The notes under the pieces were generated by a model. The model was not told the origin of the DNA. It was given only the letters and a program-made list of their open reading frames with translations, and did not search any database. 34,199 bases of DNA from Octopus bimaculoides (Eukaryota): the NCBI RefSeq assembly GCF_001194135.2, contig NC_068990.1:59541202-59575400 (forward strand), read 5' to 3'. The position numbers and the translations under genes were made by a program. Below are positions 23,135 to 34,199 of the stretch, one piece after another; the stretch's first letter is position 1; each line of letters begins with the position of its first letter.

Positions 23135-23368
23135 TTATTTCTTTAGCTGTTTCAATCACTTGACTGCAGCCATGCTGGAGCACCACCTTAAAGGGTTTTA
23201 GTCAAAGAAATCGACTCCAGGACTTATTCTTTGTATGCCTAGTACTTATTCTATCAGTATCTTTTGCTGAACTGCTAAGTCATGAGGATATAAACACACT
23301 GGCCTCAGTTGTCTAGCTATGCCAAGGGGGACAAACACAGATACAAGCACATAAACACACACACACAC

Positions 23369-23406
<38 letters not shown>

Positions 23407-23562
23407 GATAGGCTTCTTTCAGTTTCCATCTATCAAATATCCCCACAAGGCTTTGGTTGGCCTGAGGCTATATTAGAAGGTACTTGCCCAAGGTGCCATG
23501 CAATGAGACTGAACCCGGAATCATGTTGTTGGGAAGCAAGCTTCTTATCACACAGCCATGAC
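23135..23562 (-). mobile_element. SINE family B, near full length
   Basis: GCAGCCATGCTGGAGCACC tail complement and GACTGAACCCGGAATCATG head complement. Confidence 0.8.
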
Positions 23563-24424
23563 TGCACTTTAGTAATAATTTTATATTTAGGCATATACCT
23601 TGTAGCATGCTGTTTAAAGCCTGTTCACAGTATTCAGCTACCTGATACCAACAGTATTGAGGTATATGCCACTGGATTTACTTCAGGAATTCCTTTGTGT
23701 CTCTAGAATTTATATAAAGAGATGAGGTATAAAAAATGGAATTCATGATACTCTTTATTGAATAAAGTATTGAACCACTGCAATTGTTTTGACTCATCAC
23801 GCACCTGTATCTTACACGTGAGATGCCATACAATCATACTGTACTTTTTACTTGCAGTTTCACTCATTTCTATAACAATGCATTTTGGTTTGTGTAGCAT
23901 TCCATCCATCTCCATACTGAACTGAGATAGAATGAAAGGACCCTTCTCATATAAGCAACAAAATAAAGTGTACAAAGATAAAAGAGTAAGGAATCAAAAA
24001 AAAAAAAAAATGGAATTCACTGATAATATTCTAGTACAGAGAGGTAACAGGGTAACACCATAGTAGGATGGAGAGAGGAAGTGCTATGCTAGGAGAAGTA
24101 AAACTGAGTTAGTTGGAATGAACAGGTAGAAGGAAGTGATACTTGAGATGTTTGCAATTAGTGATGGGGAAATTAAAAGCTAAGAACGAAAGATGACAAA
24201 TTTGAACAACGAAGAAAAAACAACGGAAAATGTAGAGAAATGACAAAATGAAAACAATTAAAAGATGATGAGAAGGTGAGATAGTGTGAAAGGTTTTAAT
24301 AGATTACATGGACAGTGAACAGTGACAAGGCCTTTGGAAATCCTCGTTTGAAAATCAGAAAGTCATTTTTTTCCAAATTTTCAAAGGTTCACAAGTTTAA
24401 AATGAATTCCATTTTATATGTGCT

Positions 24425-24555
24425 CAACTGTTATTTATTTTATCAATCCTCAAAAGGATGAAATGCAAAGTCAACCTCAGCAATACATGAACTCAGAATA
24501 TAAAGATGAATGAAATGCTACTAAGCATTTTTCCCAAAGTGGTAACAATTCTGCC
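24425..24555 (-). mobile_element. SINE family D fragment
   Basis: AAAGGATGAAATGCAAAGTCAACCTCAGC...GAACTCAGAAT. Confidence 0.6.
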
Positions 24556-24624
24556 AGCTTGGTACCTTAAGAATGGTATTAATATTGACAAGAAGGACAA
24601 CCTCTCTTGGATTAAGTTACTTGA

Positions 24625-24920
24625 TGACCCTGCTGGTGCTGATGTCATGTAAAATGCATCCAGTCTACACTGTGAAGTGACTGGCATTTGGAAGGGCATC
24701 CAGCTGTAAGAAACAGGCCAAAACCGATCTCACCTGTGCTGGTGCCACGTAAAAAGCATTCAGTCTACTCTGTAAGGTAGCTAGTGTTAGGAAGGGCATC
24801 CAGCCATAAAAACCATGTCAAAACAGACACAAAAGTCTGGTGTAGTCTTCTACCTGACCGGCTCCTGTCAAACAATCCAACCGATGCCAGCATCAAATAT
24901 GGACATTAAATGATGATGAT
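24625..24920 (+). mobile_element. SINE family C 3' part with a ~100-bp internal tandem duplication
   Basis: GGAAGGGCATCCAGC occurs at ~24690 and ~24791 with matching upstream sequence; tail CAATCCAACCGATGCCAGC...TTAAATGATGATGAT. Confidence 0.7.
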
Positions 24921-25242
24921 AATATCACATCACATTTTGTAAGTTGTAATTTTGCTGTCCAAGCACAGAAGATGGTTCCAAATCACCTATTGAATAAAAA
25001 ATGGTCAGGTAAATATACTTAGACCCCTTCCCCCACAAGATGTGACTGAAAGTGTTTTTTTTTTATATCACTTTGCTACGGAAGATATTATACATGTCAT
25101 TAACAGCTACAACAAGGTATGAACAAGGTGTTGTCTTACAATGCAGCATGATGTATGTATGTATGTATGTATGTATAGAATGCCATTGATAGGAAAGACA
25201 TGCTCTGATGTAAAAGCAGAATCATTGTCGACTACATATATA

Positions 25243-25700
25243 CAGGGTGTGATGGGTAAATTGTGCCATTTTATATTTCTAATTTCGCACATTGTTTGTT
25301 TTTGATTTTGTCGACAATACAGTATAGTAGGGTCAGCTGGGCACCATCTGTGAGAAAAACAGCACCATGACACAATTCACTCCGCTAGAATTTTGGAAAC
25401 AACATGCTGCACAACTCAACGTTCATGCCAGAAGCTCTAGTGTGAACATTTCAGAGTGTTTGGGAGTCAATCTGAAGATAGTGCAGAGGATTTGGAAAGA
25501 GTTGGATGAGTCTAATGGTGATTACGAAGGTACAGCAGTTCGGAAAATTTACCCTGATCATTCTGATAAGAAAAGAACTCCTGAATTTGCTGAGATCCAG
25601 GCCATGAGTGACAACGATCCCTCCGAGTCAATCAGGTTCATTGCCAGGGACATGGGAGTGTCAAAGTTTCTTATCAGGCAGGTAGTGCATAAAGACATCG
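25243..25700 (+). mobile_element. Tc1/mariner DNA transposon, left end plus N-terminal HTH part of the transposase (ORF from 25367), truncated before the DDE/D domain
   Basis: TA|CAGGGTGTGATGGGTAAATTGTGCC terminus; ISECLGVNLKIVQRIWK and KRTPEF...DPSESIRFIARDMGVSKFLIRQVVHKDI, two HTH-like segments typical of Tc1/mariner transposases. Confidence 0.8.
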
Positions 25701-26076
25701 GAGTTGTGCTAGAACACAGAATACTGTATTAGATATCTTGAGAGGATTTCCCATAAGGACTCGTGGTGCATAAAAGCATATGTAATTATACAGTTGACAG
25801 ACAAGAATCATCTGCTATGGCTGCTGGAGCTGCCGGATCACCATGTCTCCTTATGAGAGACCCTCTCAAGGTAAATAACACAGTACTGTGTGTTCTAACT
25901 CAACCTTCATGTTAAGTTGGAGATCAAGATTACCTTTTGGTACTAATACTGCATCTGTTGCTATTAATTATTTCTTAATAAGCTCACTGGCTATTTGCAA
26001 CACCAGTGCTTGAAAAGACACTGAGCTTCCACATACCGTTGATTGGAGATTTGGCTGTTATCATGCTGCTGGACAT

Positions 26077-26123
26077 CTGTGACTGAAGAACCCATAACAG
26101 AGTGAAATTACTTGATCTGGCAG
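26077..26123 (+). ncRNA. Type I hammerhead motif with intact core and weakened stems; predicted site AUC at 26117
   Basis: CTGAAGA 26083-89; stem II ACCC/GAGT (one mismatch), loop ATAACA; GAAA 26104-07; stem III ATT/GAT, loop ACTT; stem I CTGTGA/TGGCAG (one mismatch, one G-U). Confidence 0.55.
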
Positions 26124-26203
26124 TTCTGTCAAAGATATAATTACATGTGCTTTTTATGCACGTTGAATCCTTATGACAGATCCTCTCAAGATAAATACCA
26201 CAG

Positions 26204-26544
26204 AATGAAAGCACATGGCTCAGTGGTTAGAACATTAGGCTTGCAATCATGAGGCAGTGAGTTCACTTCCCAGACTGGGCTGTGTGTTGTGTTCTTGAGC
26301 AAGACACTTTATTTCACATTGTTCCAGTTCACTCAGCTGTAGAAATGAGCTGTGATATCATTGGTGCCAAACTGTACTGGCTTTTGCCTTTCCCTTGGAT
26401 TACATCAGTGGTATGGAAAGGAGAGGCTGGTATGCATGGGCAACTGTTGGTCTTCCATAAAAACTTTGCCCAGACTTGTACCTTGGAGGGTAACTTTCTA
26501 AGTGCAATCCCATGGTCATTCATGACCAAAAGGGATCTTTACCC
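26204..26544 (+). mobile_element. tRNA-derived SINE family A with 12-bp TSD
   Basis: TSD TAAATACCACAG (26192-26203) / TAAATACCGCAG (26545-56); TGGCTCAGTGG A box. Confidence 0.85.
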
Positions 26545-27371
26545 TAAATACCGCAGTATTCTGTGTTATAGCACAAACTCCATGTTAAGTTGAAGAGCAA
26601 GTTTACCTTTATGTATATTTATATATGCTATGAAGGCGCAAACATTTCTTTCAAATGCAATGAAAAAGAAATGACTATTTCAAAACCTACAGTTTCTCTA
26701 TCTACGTTATAAATTCATGTTTATATCTATATTTATTAATGCAAATGATCAAGTTACTAAATATCTAATAATCTAAAAACTAGGGTTTTTGAGTAAAGAA
26801 AGTGACCAGCTAACATACACTTTACAAATATAATGGAACAGGAAAAAATATGCTAGACTTTTCTATGGTTCAATATGTAACTCTTCCCTGTTGTTGCTAT
26901 CTAAATTCTTGTGATGGAGTTCATTGCTTAATTAGAAATCAACTCTTTCATTATGGGAAAAATTAGCTAATTCAAAAAAAAAAAAAAAAGCTGAGATGCC
27001 TCTAATGAGAACCCAATTAGATTTGAAAATCGATTGAGGTTGTTCATCATATTTTTCAATCTACAGAGAAATTTTCTCTGTTTATATAGGTACTATATAG
27101 GTTACATATATTATCTCATATCTTGATACTGCATGGACTGAAATCCCTGTTGATAGGTCCCTGATATTAAAAATAAAGCACTAACACATACAGTGTGCGA
27201 TTTAGTCATTCCAGGTTTCTATAGCTTCTGTAATTGTTGAATATATAAACAGATCGGCTGCTTGTTTCTCTGGGTAAAGGTAAAGTTACGTTCTTGAGTC
27301 ATGCCAACTCCCCACCTGGACAGGATGCCGATCTGTTGCAGAATTACTTATTTTTGCCAGCTGAGTGGACC

Positions 27372-27478
27372 TTGCCAAATCAGATTGGAGCCTGTAGCAG
27401 TCTCCCAGCTTGCCAGTCCTCAGTCAAACCATCCAATCCATGCCAGACATTAAACAACAACAATGATGATTATGATGA
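27372..27478 (+). mobile_element. SINE family C 3' tail fragment
   Basis: CCAGTCCTCAGTCAAACCATCCAATCCATGCCAG...ATGATGATTATGATG. Confidence 0.6.
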
Positions 27479-28228
27479 AGTAGAGCTCTAAAGAATAGTT
27501 TTGCATGGTGGAACAAGGCTGATCTTAAGCCCATGGGTTACTTTCAGTTTATCTTTTTTAAAGAAAATATTTGCTTGATAGCTACATCACCTCCCGTTTT
27601 AAGTTGTTCAAAACTTGGACAAATGTATCATCTGAACTTTCATAGACATGTACATCAATATGTAAATACACTCTGGTGTGAGTGTTTATGTATGTATGTA
27701 CATGTGTGTATGTGTATTTTCAATAAGCGTTTATGTATGTGTAATAAATGCTTATCTATGCACATGTATGGACAGATCTATGTATATAAGTCTTATGAGA
27801 AAGTGTATAGCTGTGTGAATATGTGGGTGTGTTTATGCATGTAAGTGCATATGTGTGCATGTGAGTGTGTATTCATGCATACAAATGCATGAACATATGT
27901 ACGTGTGCCTGTTTATGCAAACGTTTATATATGTATGCACAGTCGTGCTTATGTGTCTTTTCATACATGTGCATGCATGCGTGTGCATATTTATGCATGT
28001 AAGTGCAGGCTACACAAGTCCTTCACAACTGTAACAGCAACAACTGTACCTAGATTAACAAAGGCCACAAAAACAAAGACAAATATATAAATAAATAAAA
28101 AACAAAACACACACACACACACACACACACACAAAACAGAGTTAAAAATTGCAGTAGGCATCTTCACAACCCAACCAGATGCTTCAATAAGGTCAGTGGG
28201 ATACAGAGAATGTCTGTGCATCTTTTAG

Positions 28229-28359
28229 GAACCTGAAAGGAATCGGTTTGTAAATGCAGGCATTTGCATGTATTCCTGCAAGTCATTACATCACAGCTGG
28301 AACACCTCTTTTATGAAGCAAATAGTGGAAACTTGTTTGAAGCATAACCTTTTGTTCAG
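28229..28359 (+). CDS. Candidate host-gene exon (131 bp, phase 0-2), product unidentified: EPERNRFVNAGICMYSCKSLHHSWNTSFMKQIVETCLKHNLLF
   Basis: Acceptor GTGCATCTTTTAG|G, consensus donor CAG|GTAAGT, open frame bounded by in-frame stops just outside both splice sites, no visible repeat similarity. Confidence 0.45.
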
Positions 28360-28530
28360 GTAAGTAGTTTAAAGTAGGTTAGAGCAGAGTGCTCTACCTT
28401 GCCTAAGGCAACGTATAACGTAACTGAAACGTTTGTTTCGACTATAATCCATAATCTATCTATCTGGCTGTCTGTTTGTTTCTCACTTTTTCTTTCTCTC
28501 TCCCTCTTGCTCTCTCTCTTTCTCTCTGTA

Positions 28531-28562
<32 letters not shown>

Positions 28563-28903
28563 NNNNNNNNNNNNNNNNNNNNNNNNNNNNNNNNNNNNNN
28601 NNNNNNNNNNNNNNNNNNNNNNNNNNNNNNNNNNNNNNNNNNNNNNNNNNNNNNNNNNNNNNNNNNNNNNNNNNNNNNNNNNNNNNNNNNNNNNNNNNNN
28701 NNNNNNNNNNNNNNNNNNNNNNNNNNNNNNNNNNNNNNNNNNNNNNNNNNNNNNNNNNNNNNNNNNNNNNNNNNNNNNNNNNNNNNNNNNNNNNNNNNNN
28801 NNNNNNNNNNNNNNNNNNNNNNNNNNNNNNNNNNNNNNNNNNNNNNNNNNNNNNNNNNNNNNNNNNNNNNNNNNNNNNNNNNNNNNNNNNNNNNNNNNNN
28901 NNN

Positions 28904-29100
28904 GTGTCTGTATATATGTACCTATCTATCTATCTATTTATCTATCTATCTGTCTGTCTATCTACCTGTCTGTCTATCTATCTATCTCTCTATCTATCTA
29001 TCTATCTACCTACCTATCTATTTATCTGCCTTTCTTTCTATGTTTTTCTACCTTGTTATTTATCTACATAACTGTCAGTCCATCTGTCTGTCTATCTACA
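28904..29100. repeat. (TCTA)n/(TCTG)n degenerate tract
   Basis: Direct reading. Confidence 0.9.
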
Positions 29101-29481
29101 CACATGTACATGCACCCTACCCCACTACTAATTAAATGAATCTCTGCCACTTTTGCCCTTGAGTATTCCAGTTGTTCAATCAACCAAAGTACATACACAC
29201 TGAGTCATAGCATAAGTGGTTGCGTATTCCACAGTCACCTGTGTACACCTAATGTAATCCCCATGTTGAATCAGCATGATATAGCGTGCAACAAAGCTGG
29301 AATTTTGAATTGCATTTAATAGGATTCAGAACAGTTTCCAGCTACTTAGTTTCACTCACAAGGCTTGGGTTGAACCAGGTCTATAGTAAATGACACTCAC
29401 TCAAGATACCATGCGGTAGAATTGAACCCAAAGCCTTGAGATTGTAAAGTGGACTTCTTAACTATTCAGCTATGCAGTATC

Positions 29482-29518
<37 letters not shown>

Positions 29519-29688
29519 ACACACACACACACATACACACATGTACACACATACATACGCATACATACATGTATGTAGACTCACACACACAGACATGTAC
29601 ACATGCTCACACATACATACACAGACACACATACATGTATACACACACACACACACCTCACACTCGCACACACACACACACACACACA
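29482..29688. repeat. Degenerate (CA)n tract
   Basis: Direct reading. Confidence 0.9.
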
Positions 29689-29924
29689 TTCTTAATTAAA
29701 TCTATGTAATTTTTGATTCATCAACTTGAACTGAATAAAGGATATATTTTTGTAATTTTAAATTCAGTGAGGATACAAACTGATACAATCTCATATAAAC
29801 TTGTTTGACAAGGAGTCAAAAAAGGTAGAGTGTGGGAAAATTCACTTTTTATTCTGTGTTTCTAAGTCACAAGTGTTTATGCTGCTGAAGAGCATCCAAC
29901 CAGTAAACCATGAAAACAAAAAAA

Positions 29925-30333
29925 AAAAATCAGTGTAGTTGTGTGGTAAGAAGCTTGCTTCTCAACCACATGGTTTTGGGTTCTGGCCCACAGCATGGCA
30001 TACTGAGCAAGTGTCTTCTGTTTTAGCCTCAAGCTAACCAAAGCCTTGTGAGTGGGTTTGGTAGACAGAAACTGAAAGAAAAGGTAGCAAGCTGGCAGAA
30101 ACGTTAGCATGCCGGGTGAAATGCTTAGCTGTATTTTGTCTGCCGTTACGTTCTGAGTTCAAATTCCGCCGAGGTCGACTTTGCCTTTCGTCCTTTCAGG
30201 GTCGATAAATTAAGTACCAGTTACGCACTGGGGTCAACGTAATCGACTTAATCCCTCTGTCTGTCCTTGTTTGTCTCCTCAGTGTTTAGCCCCTTGTGGG
30301 CAATAAAGAAATAAGAAACTGAAAGAAACCCAT

Positions 30334-30375
<42 letters not shown>

Positions 30376-30590
30376 TGTATGTGTTTCTACCCACCATCAC
30401 CACATGCCAACAAGTATTGGTGTGTTTACAGCCCCATAACTTAGCAGTTCAGCAAATGAGGCTGATAGAATAAGTACTAGGCTTTAAAAAAACATAAGTA
30501 CTGGGATTGATTCATTTGAATAAAGTTCTTCAAGGTGGTGCACCAGCATGGCCACAGTCTAATGACTGAAACAAGTAAAAGATAAAAGAG
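29925..30590 (+). mobile_element. SINE family B, full length, interrupted by a family D SINE
   Basis: Head GTGTGGTAAGAAGCTTGCTTCTCAACCACATGG; tail GGTGGTGCACCAGCATGGCCACAGTCTAATGACTGAAACAAGTAAAAGA. Confidence 0.8.
30082..30313 (+). mobile_element. Young SINE family D with perfect 15-bp TSD
   Basis: AGAAACTGAAAGAAA at 30067-81 and 30314-28; B box GAGTTCAAATTCC; core GAGGTCGACTTTGCCTTTCGTCCTTTCAGGGTCGATAAA resembles the MetaSINE central domain (from memory). Confidence 0.85.
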
Positions 30591-30792
30591 ATACACAAGA
30601 AAATTGATGTTTTTCTCTATTGCATATATAAAATACGAATTTATTATGCTGTCATTTAGAAGAAACATCTTGCCTTTTCATTTGCTAATTTTGAACAGAC
30701 ATTTGGTATATACCCATGCTGTGTTCGTTTTGTGTTCTTTGGCAAGTATTAAGAAACTTAAATGCAAATGAGTGGCTTATAAAAGAGTTTAA

Positions 30793-31227
30793 CCCTTTAA
30801 CATACAAATCCAGCCACATCTGACCAAAATATTTAACTTGTTTTATATTGAAACTGGCCATATCTGGCCTCTCACCTCATCCCTACAGTGTCATTCTAAA
30901 ACTAAGCAATCACATCATTGACATCTCTAAACTACAAGATGATGCATGATTAATTCAAAACAATATAAATAAACAAACATTACATTTGACAGAATGATCC
31001 GAATACTGAAGGGTTAAACTACCTACATTTGGCCCAAATATTCTACCTTATTTTATGATCAAACCAGCTTTATCCAGCCCCTCACACATACTCTACAATG
31101 CCATTCTAAAAATAAACAATCACATTATTGAAATCTTGAAGCTACGAGATAATGCATGACTAATTCAAAACAATGTGAATAAATAAGCATAACATCTGAT
31201 AGAATAATCTGAAAGCTAGGTGGTTTA
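30793..31227. mobile_element. piggyBac-like MITE (30793-31013) followed by a tandem second copy
   Basis: TTAA|CCCTTT...GAAGGG|TTAA; 31025-31227 repeats CTACA-TG-CATTCTAAAA...ATGCATGA-TAATTCAAAACAAT. Confidence 0.7.
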
Positions 31228-31503
31228 CTTGAATATAAGAGCACTGTAAGCAAGGTTATTTTAAGTTCAGAATTCACAATATAATAGGCATTTACCAGAG
31301 CTCTGTTCACAATTTCATACAATTACTTAGAGTTCTTGAGAATGATCTAAAACAGTGGTTTGCAACCATTTTTTATCTCTGGACCCCTTTGATTACTATT
31401 TTATTCTTGTGGATCCCATAGTCATTTAATGTTTTTAAATGCGTTTTATAGATACTTCTTTTGAAATTCCTATTGGTTCTTCACATGTTAACTTGTGTAG
31501 TTT

Positions 31504-31534
<31 letters not shown>

Positions 31535-32207
31535 NNNNNNNNNNNNNNNNNNNNNNNNNNNNNNNNNNNNNNNNNNNNNNNNNNNNNNNNNNNNNNNNNN
31601 NNNNNNNNNNNNNNNNNNNNNNNNNNNNNNNNNNNNNNNNNNNNNNNNNNNNNNNNNNNNNNNNNNNNNNNNNNNNNNNNNNNNNNNNNNNNNNNNNNNN
31701 NNNNNNNNNNNNNNNNNNNNNNNNNNNNNNNNNNNNNNNNNNNNNNNNNNNNNNNNNNNNNNNNNNNNNNNNNNNNNNNNNNNNNNNNNNNNNNNNNNNN
31801 NNNNNNNNNNNNNNNNNNNNNNNNNNNNNNNNNNNNNNNNNNNNNNNNNNNNNNNNNNNNNNNNNNNNNNNNNNNNNNNNNNNNNNNNNNNNNNNNNNNN
31901 NNNNNNNNNNNNNNNNNNNNNNNNNNNNNNNNNNNNNNNNNNNNNNNNNNNNNNNNNNNNNNNNNNNNNNNNNNNNNNNNNNNNNNNNNNNNNNNNNNNN
32001 NNNNNNNNNNNNNNNNNNNNNNNNNNNNNNNNNNNNNNNNNNNNNNNNNNNNNNNNNNNNNNNNNNNNNNNNNNNNNNNNNNNNNNNNNNNNNNNNNNNN
32101 NNNNNNNNNNNNNNNNNNNNNNNNNNNNNNNNNNNNNNNNNNNNNNNNNNNNNNNNNNNNNNNNNNNNNNNNNNNNNNNNNNNNNNNNNNNNNNNNNNNN
32201 NNNNNNC

Positions 32208-32579
32208 CTGGTGGTTAGGGCAGCGGACTCGCGGTCATAGGATCGCGGTTTCGATTCCCAGACCGGGCGTTGTGAGTGTTTATTGAGTGAAAACACCTAA
32301 AGCTCCACAAGGCTCCAGCAGGGGATGGTGGTGAACCCTGTTGTACTCTTTCACCACAACTTTCTCTCATTCTTACTTCCTGTTTCTGTTGTGCCTGTAA
32401 TTCAAAGGGCCAGCCTTGTCACACTCTGTGTCACGCTGATTATCCCCGAGAACTACGTTAAGGGTACACATGTCTGTGGAGTGCTCAGCCACTTGCATGT
32501 TAATTTCACGAGCAGGCTGTTCCGTTGATTGGATCAACTGGAACCCTCGATGTCGTAAGCGATGGAGTGCCAACAACAA
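32208..32579 (+). mobile_element. Young tRNA-derived SINE (same subfamily as 22456), complete 3' end
   Basis: GGTTTCGATTCCC B box, CpG-rich, tail GGAGTGCCAACAACAA. Confidence 0.85.
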
Positions 32580-32879
32580 ATGCTTAAAGAAAGAAACCTA
32601 GCTGTATCTTGCGAAATTTTTTCAGAGACCTCTAAAATACTACTGTGAATCTCCAATTTGCTATTTTGTTTGTGTGGACCCCAACAAATCTTATATGGAC
32701 CCCCATTTGGTCATATGGACTACTGGTCTAAAATCTGTAGTTTTTAAAGTTCACTATAGCTAAAACCAAAATACTAATTAACAGAAAAACAAAATAAAAA
32801 TCCTTCAGCTATCTGAAAGTGGTTTTGTTTGGTATATGGTAAAGAATTTAGTAGTAACTCGATATTGCATACTCAATGC

Positions 32880-33330
32880 AAGCTGGTGCCCCTTCTCATG
32901 GTCTTAACTTACTTGTTCAAATTTAGTATTATGTTGTTAATATTGTGGGTCCTCTTCCTCCTACAAAGCTGAAGTATTTGGCTCATCATTGAAATATATC
33001 TCCATTGTGTCTTTTCAATAAGTATTTCCATGGTCATTGCTCTGATGAACTTTCTGGTCTAGCACCCTCTGTCAACACCTTTAAATAAATGTGTCACCTG
33101 CTTTTCTTCCCAGGCACATCATTATGTGTTGAGCTTCCTGTTAGTCATAAGTCCTTTTAACATAGTCATAAGTCTTTCTGGCAGTTGAACCACAACTCTC
33201 TGGAACTCACTACCATCAATCTTGTTTGCCTCTGTACAATGACACTCAGCTCTTTAATCTTTCTAAGAACTGACATTTAAAAAAAAAATTGTAGGCCCCT
33301 TCTTTGTTGTGCCTTATGCTGCAGTGATCC
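32880..33330 (+). pseudogene. CR1/L2-group LINE ORF2 C-terminal relic
   Basis: KYFHGHCSDELSGL and TTLWNSLP motifs in shifted frames, typical of the post-RT tail of CR1/L2-group elements. Confidence 0.55.
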
Positions 33331-33777
33331 CAAACCTTGCTTAGTGCAAAATTGTATAAAAAAAAAAATTTAAAAAAACTGAAGATGCCTGAAGATCTCT
33401 TACAGACTGATAGAAAACCTGTAGTTGAAAGTGTAGTTGAAAGTAAAGTCAGCCATGATATGAAGTCTATGAGATGCTCTGAAGCTCATTAGATATATTA
33501 GATGGTTTCTGTTACCAAGGTGGCTGGATTGGTACTGAGGTGTGTGTGTGTGTGTATCGGGGGATTGTGGTATAGTTTAAATGGAAGTAGTAGCAGTGAT
33601 CAGATCTCAAAATGTTAACAATGACTCACAAACCAAAAGACAAGATGCAAGATCAAAACATAACAGAATTTGTTGTGTGGCAGACCCTTCCGATTCATCC
33701 TCGCTTCAAAACCAGACATTAAAACAAAGATGATGATGATGATGATGACAATGAAGATATATATATATATATATATC

Positions 33778-34165
33778 TTTAACTTGTTTCAGTCACTAGA
33801 ATGCAGCCATGCTGGGGCACCTCCTCGAAGAATTTTTTAGTTACATGAATCAACCCAGGTACACATGTTTTCTAAAGCCTGATACTTATTCTATTGGGTC
33901 TCCTTTGCTGAACTGCCAAGCTACAGGGATGCAAACACACCAACACTGGCTCTTGAGTGATGGTGGGGGATAAACAGACAAAAAAACATGCAAAGATATA
34001 TATATTTATACATGACAGACTTCTTTCAGCTTCTGTCAACTGAATTCACTACTATAGCCTGAGGCTATAGTAGAAGACATTTGCTCAGGGTGCCATGCAG
34101 TAGGACTGAACCTGGAACCATGTGGTTGGGAAGCAAACTTCCTACCACTCAGCCACACCTGTGCC
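33778..34165 (-). mobile_element. SINE family B, near full length
   Basis: GCAGCCATGCTGGGGCACC tail complement; GGACTGAACCTGGAACCATGTGGTTGGGAAGC head complement. Confidence 0.8.
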
Positions 34166-34199
34166 TAAGTGTGTGTGTACATATATATATATATATATA

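Larger units (their letters stand above)
25701..26612 (+). mobile_element. Second hammerhead-bearing repeat: inverted partial copy (25701-~25840) plus ~1.3 tandem copies of a 320-nt unit, interrupted by a SINE
   Basis: TCCTTATGA at 25848 and 26168 (offset 320); CATGTTAAGTTG at 25908 and 26581 (offset 320 after removing the 353-nt SINE+TSD); 25701-25800 is the reverse complement of 26127-26203 + 26557-26580. Confidence 0.7.

Noticed and set aside
29172-29325. Open frame phase-compatible with the 28229-28359 exon as a terminal exon
   Set aside because: An equally plausible antisense frame exists and neither is recognisable.
33378-33420. CTGAAGA motifs at ~33379 and ~33389 (also 25472, 29886, 33042) as hammerhead cores
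   Set aside because: No stem II closed by GAAA and no stem I/III pairing.

Overview
AT-rich, repeat-dominated eukaryotic DNA with seven N gaps. The SINE families and microsatellite load look cephalopod (Octopus-like); this is an inference from repeat content, not a database match. No intact protein-coding gene, rRNA, tRNA or CRISPR array is supportable. Identifiable content: about 25 tRNA-derived SINE copies or fragments in four families, a gag/ORF1-like pseudogene with a degenerate CCHC knuckle (3557-4651, minus), an R4/Dong-like RLE retrotransposon fragment, CR1/L2-group LINE relics, a truncated Tc1/mariner, piggyBac-like and hAT-like MITEs, and two weak host-exon candidates. The main signal is a set of hammerhead-ribozyme (HHR) motifs inside short repeats arranged as tandem plus inverted copies. 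One is an apparently intact extended type I HHR (5099-5157, +). Its degenerate homologue lies in a 353-nt direct-repeat unit (9395-9817). A core-intact HHR lies in an unrelated 320-nt unit (25701-26612), and a relic lies in a fold-back element (473-812). This matches retrozyme or Penelope-like pseudo-LTR biology. One of these units is joined directly to the leader of the gag-like ORF, for which no RT is visible. All alignments and folds were done by eye.
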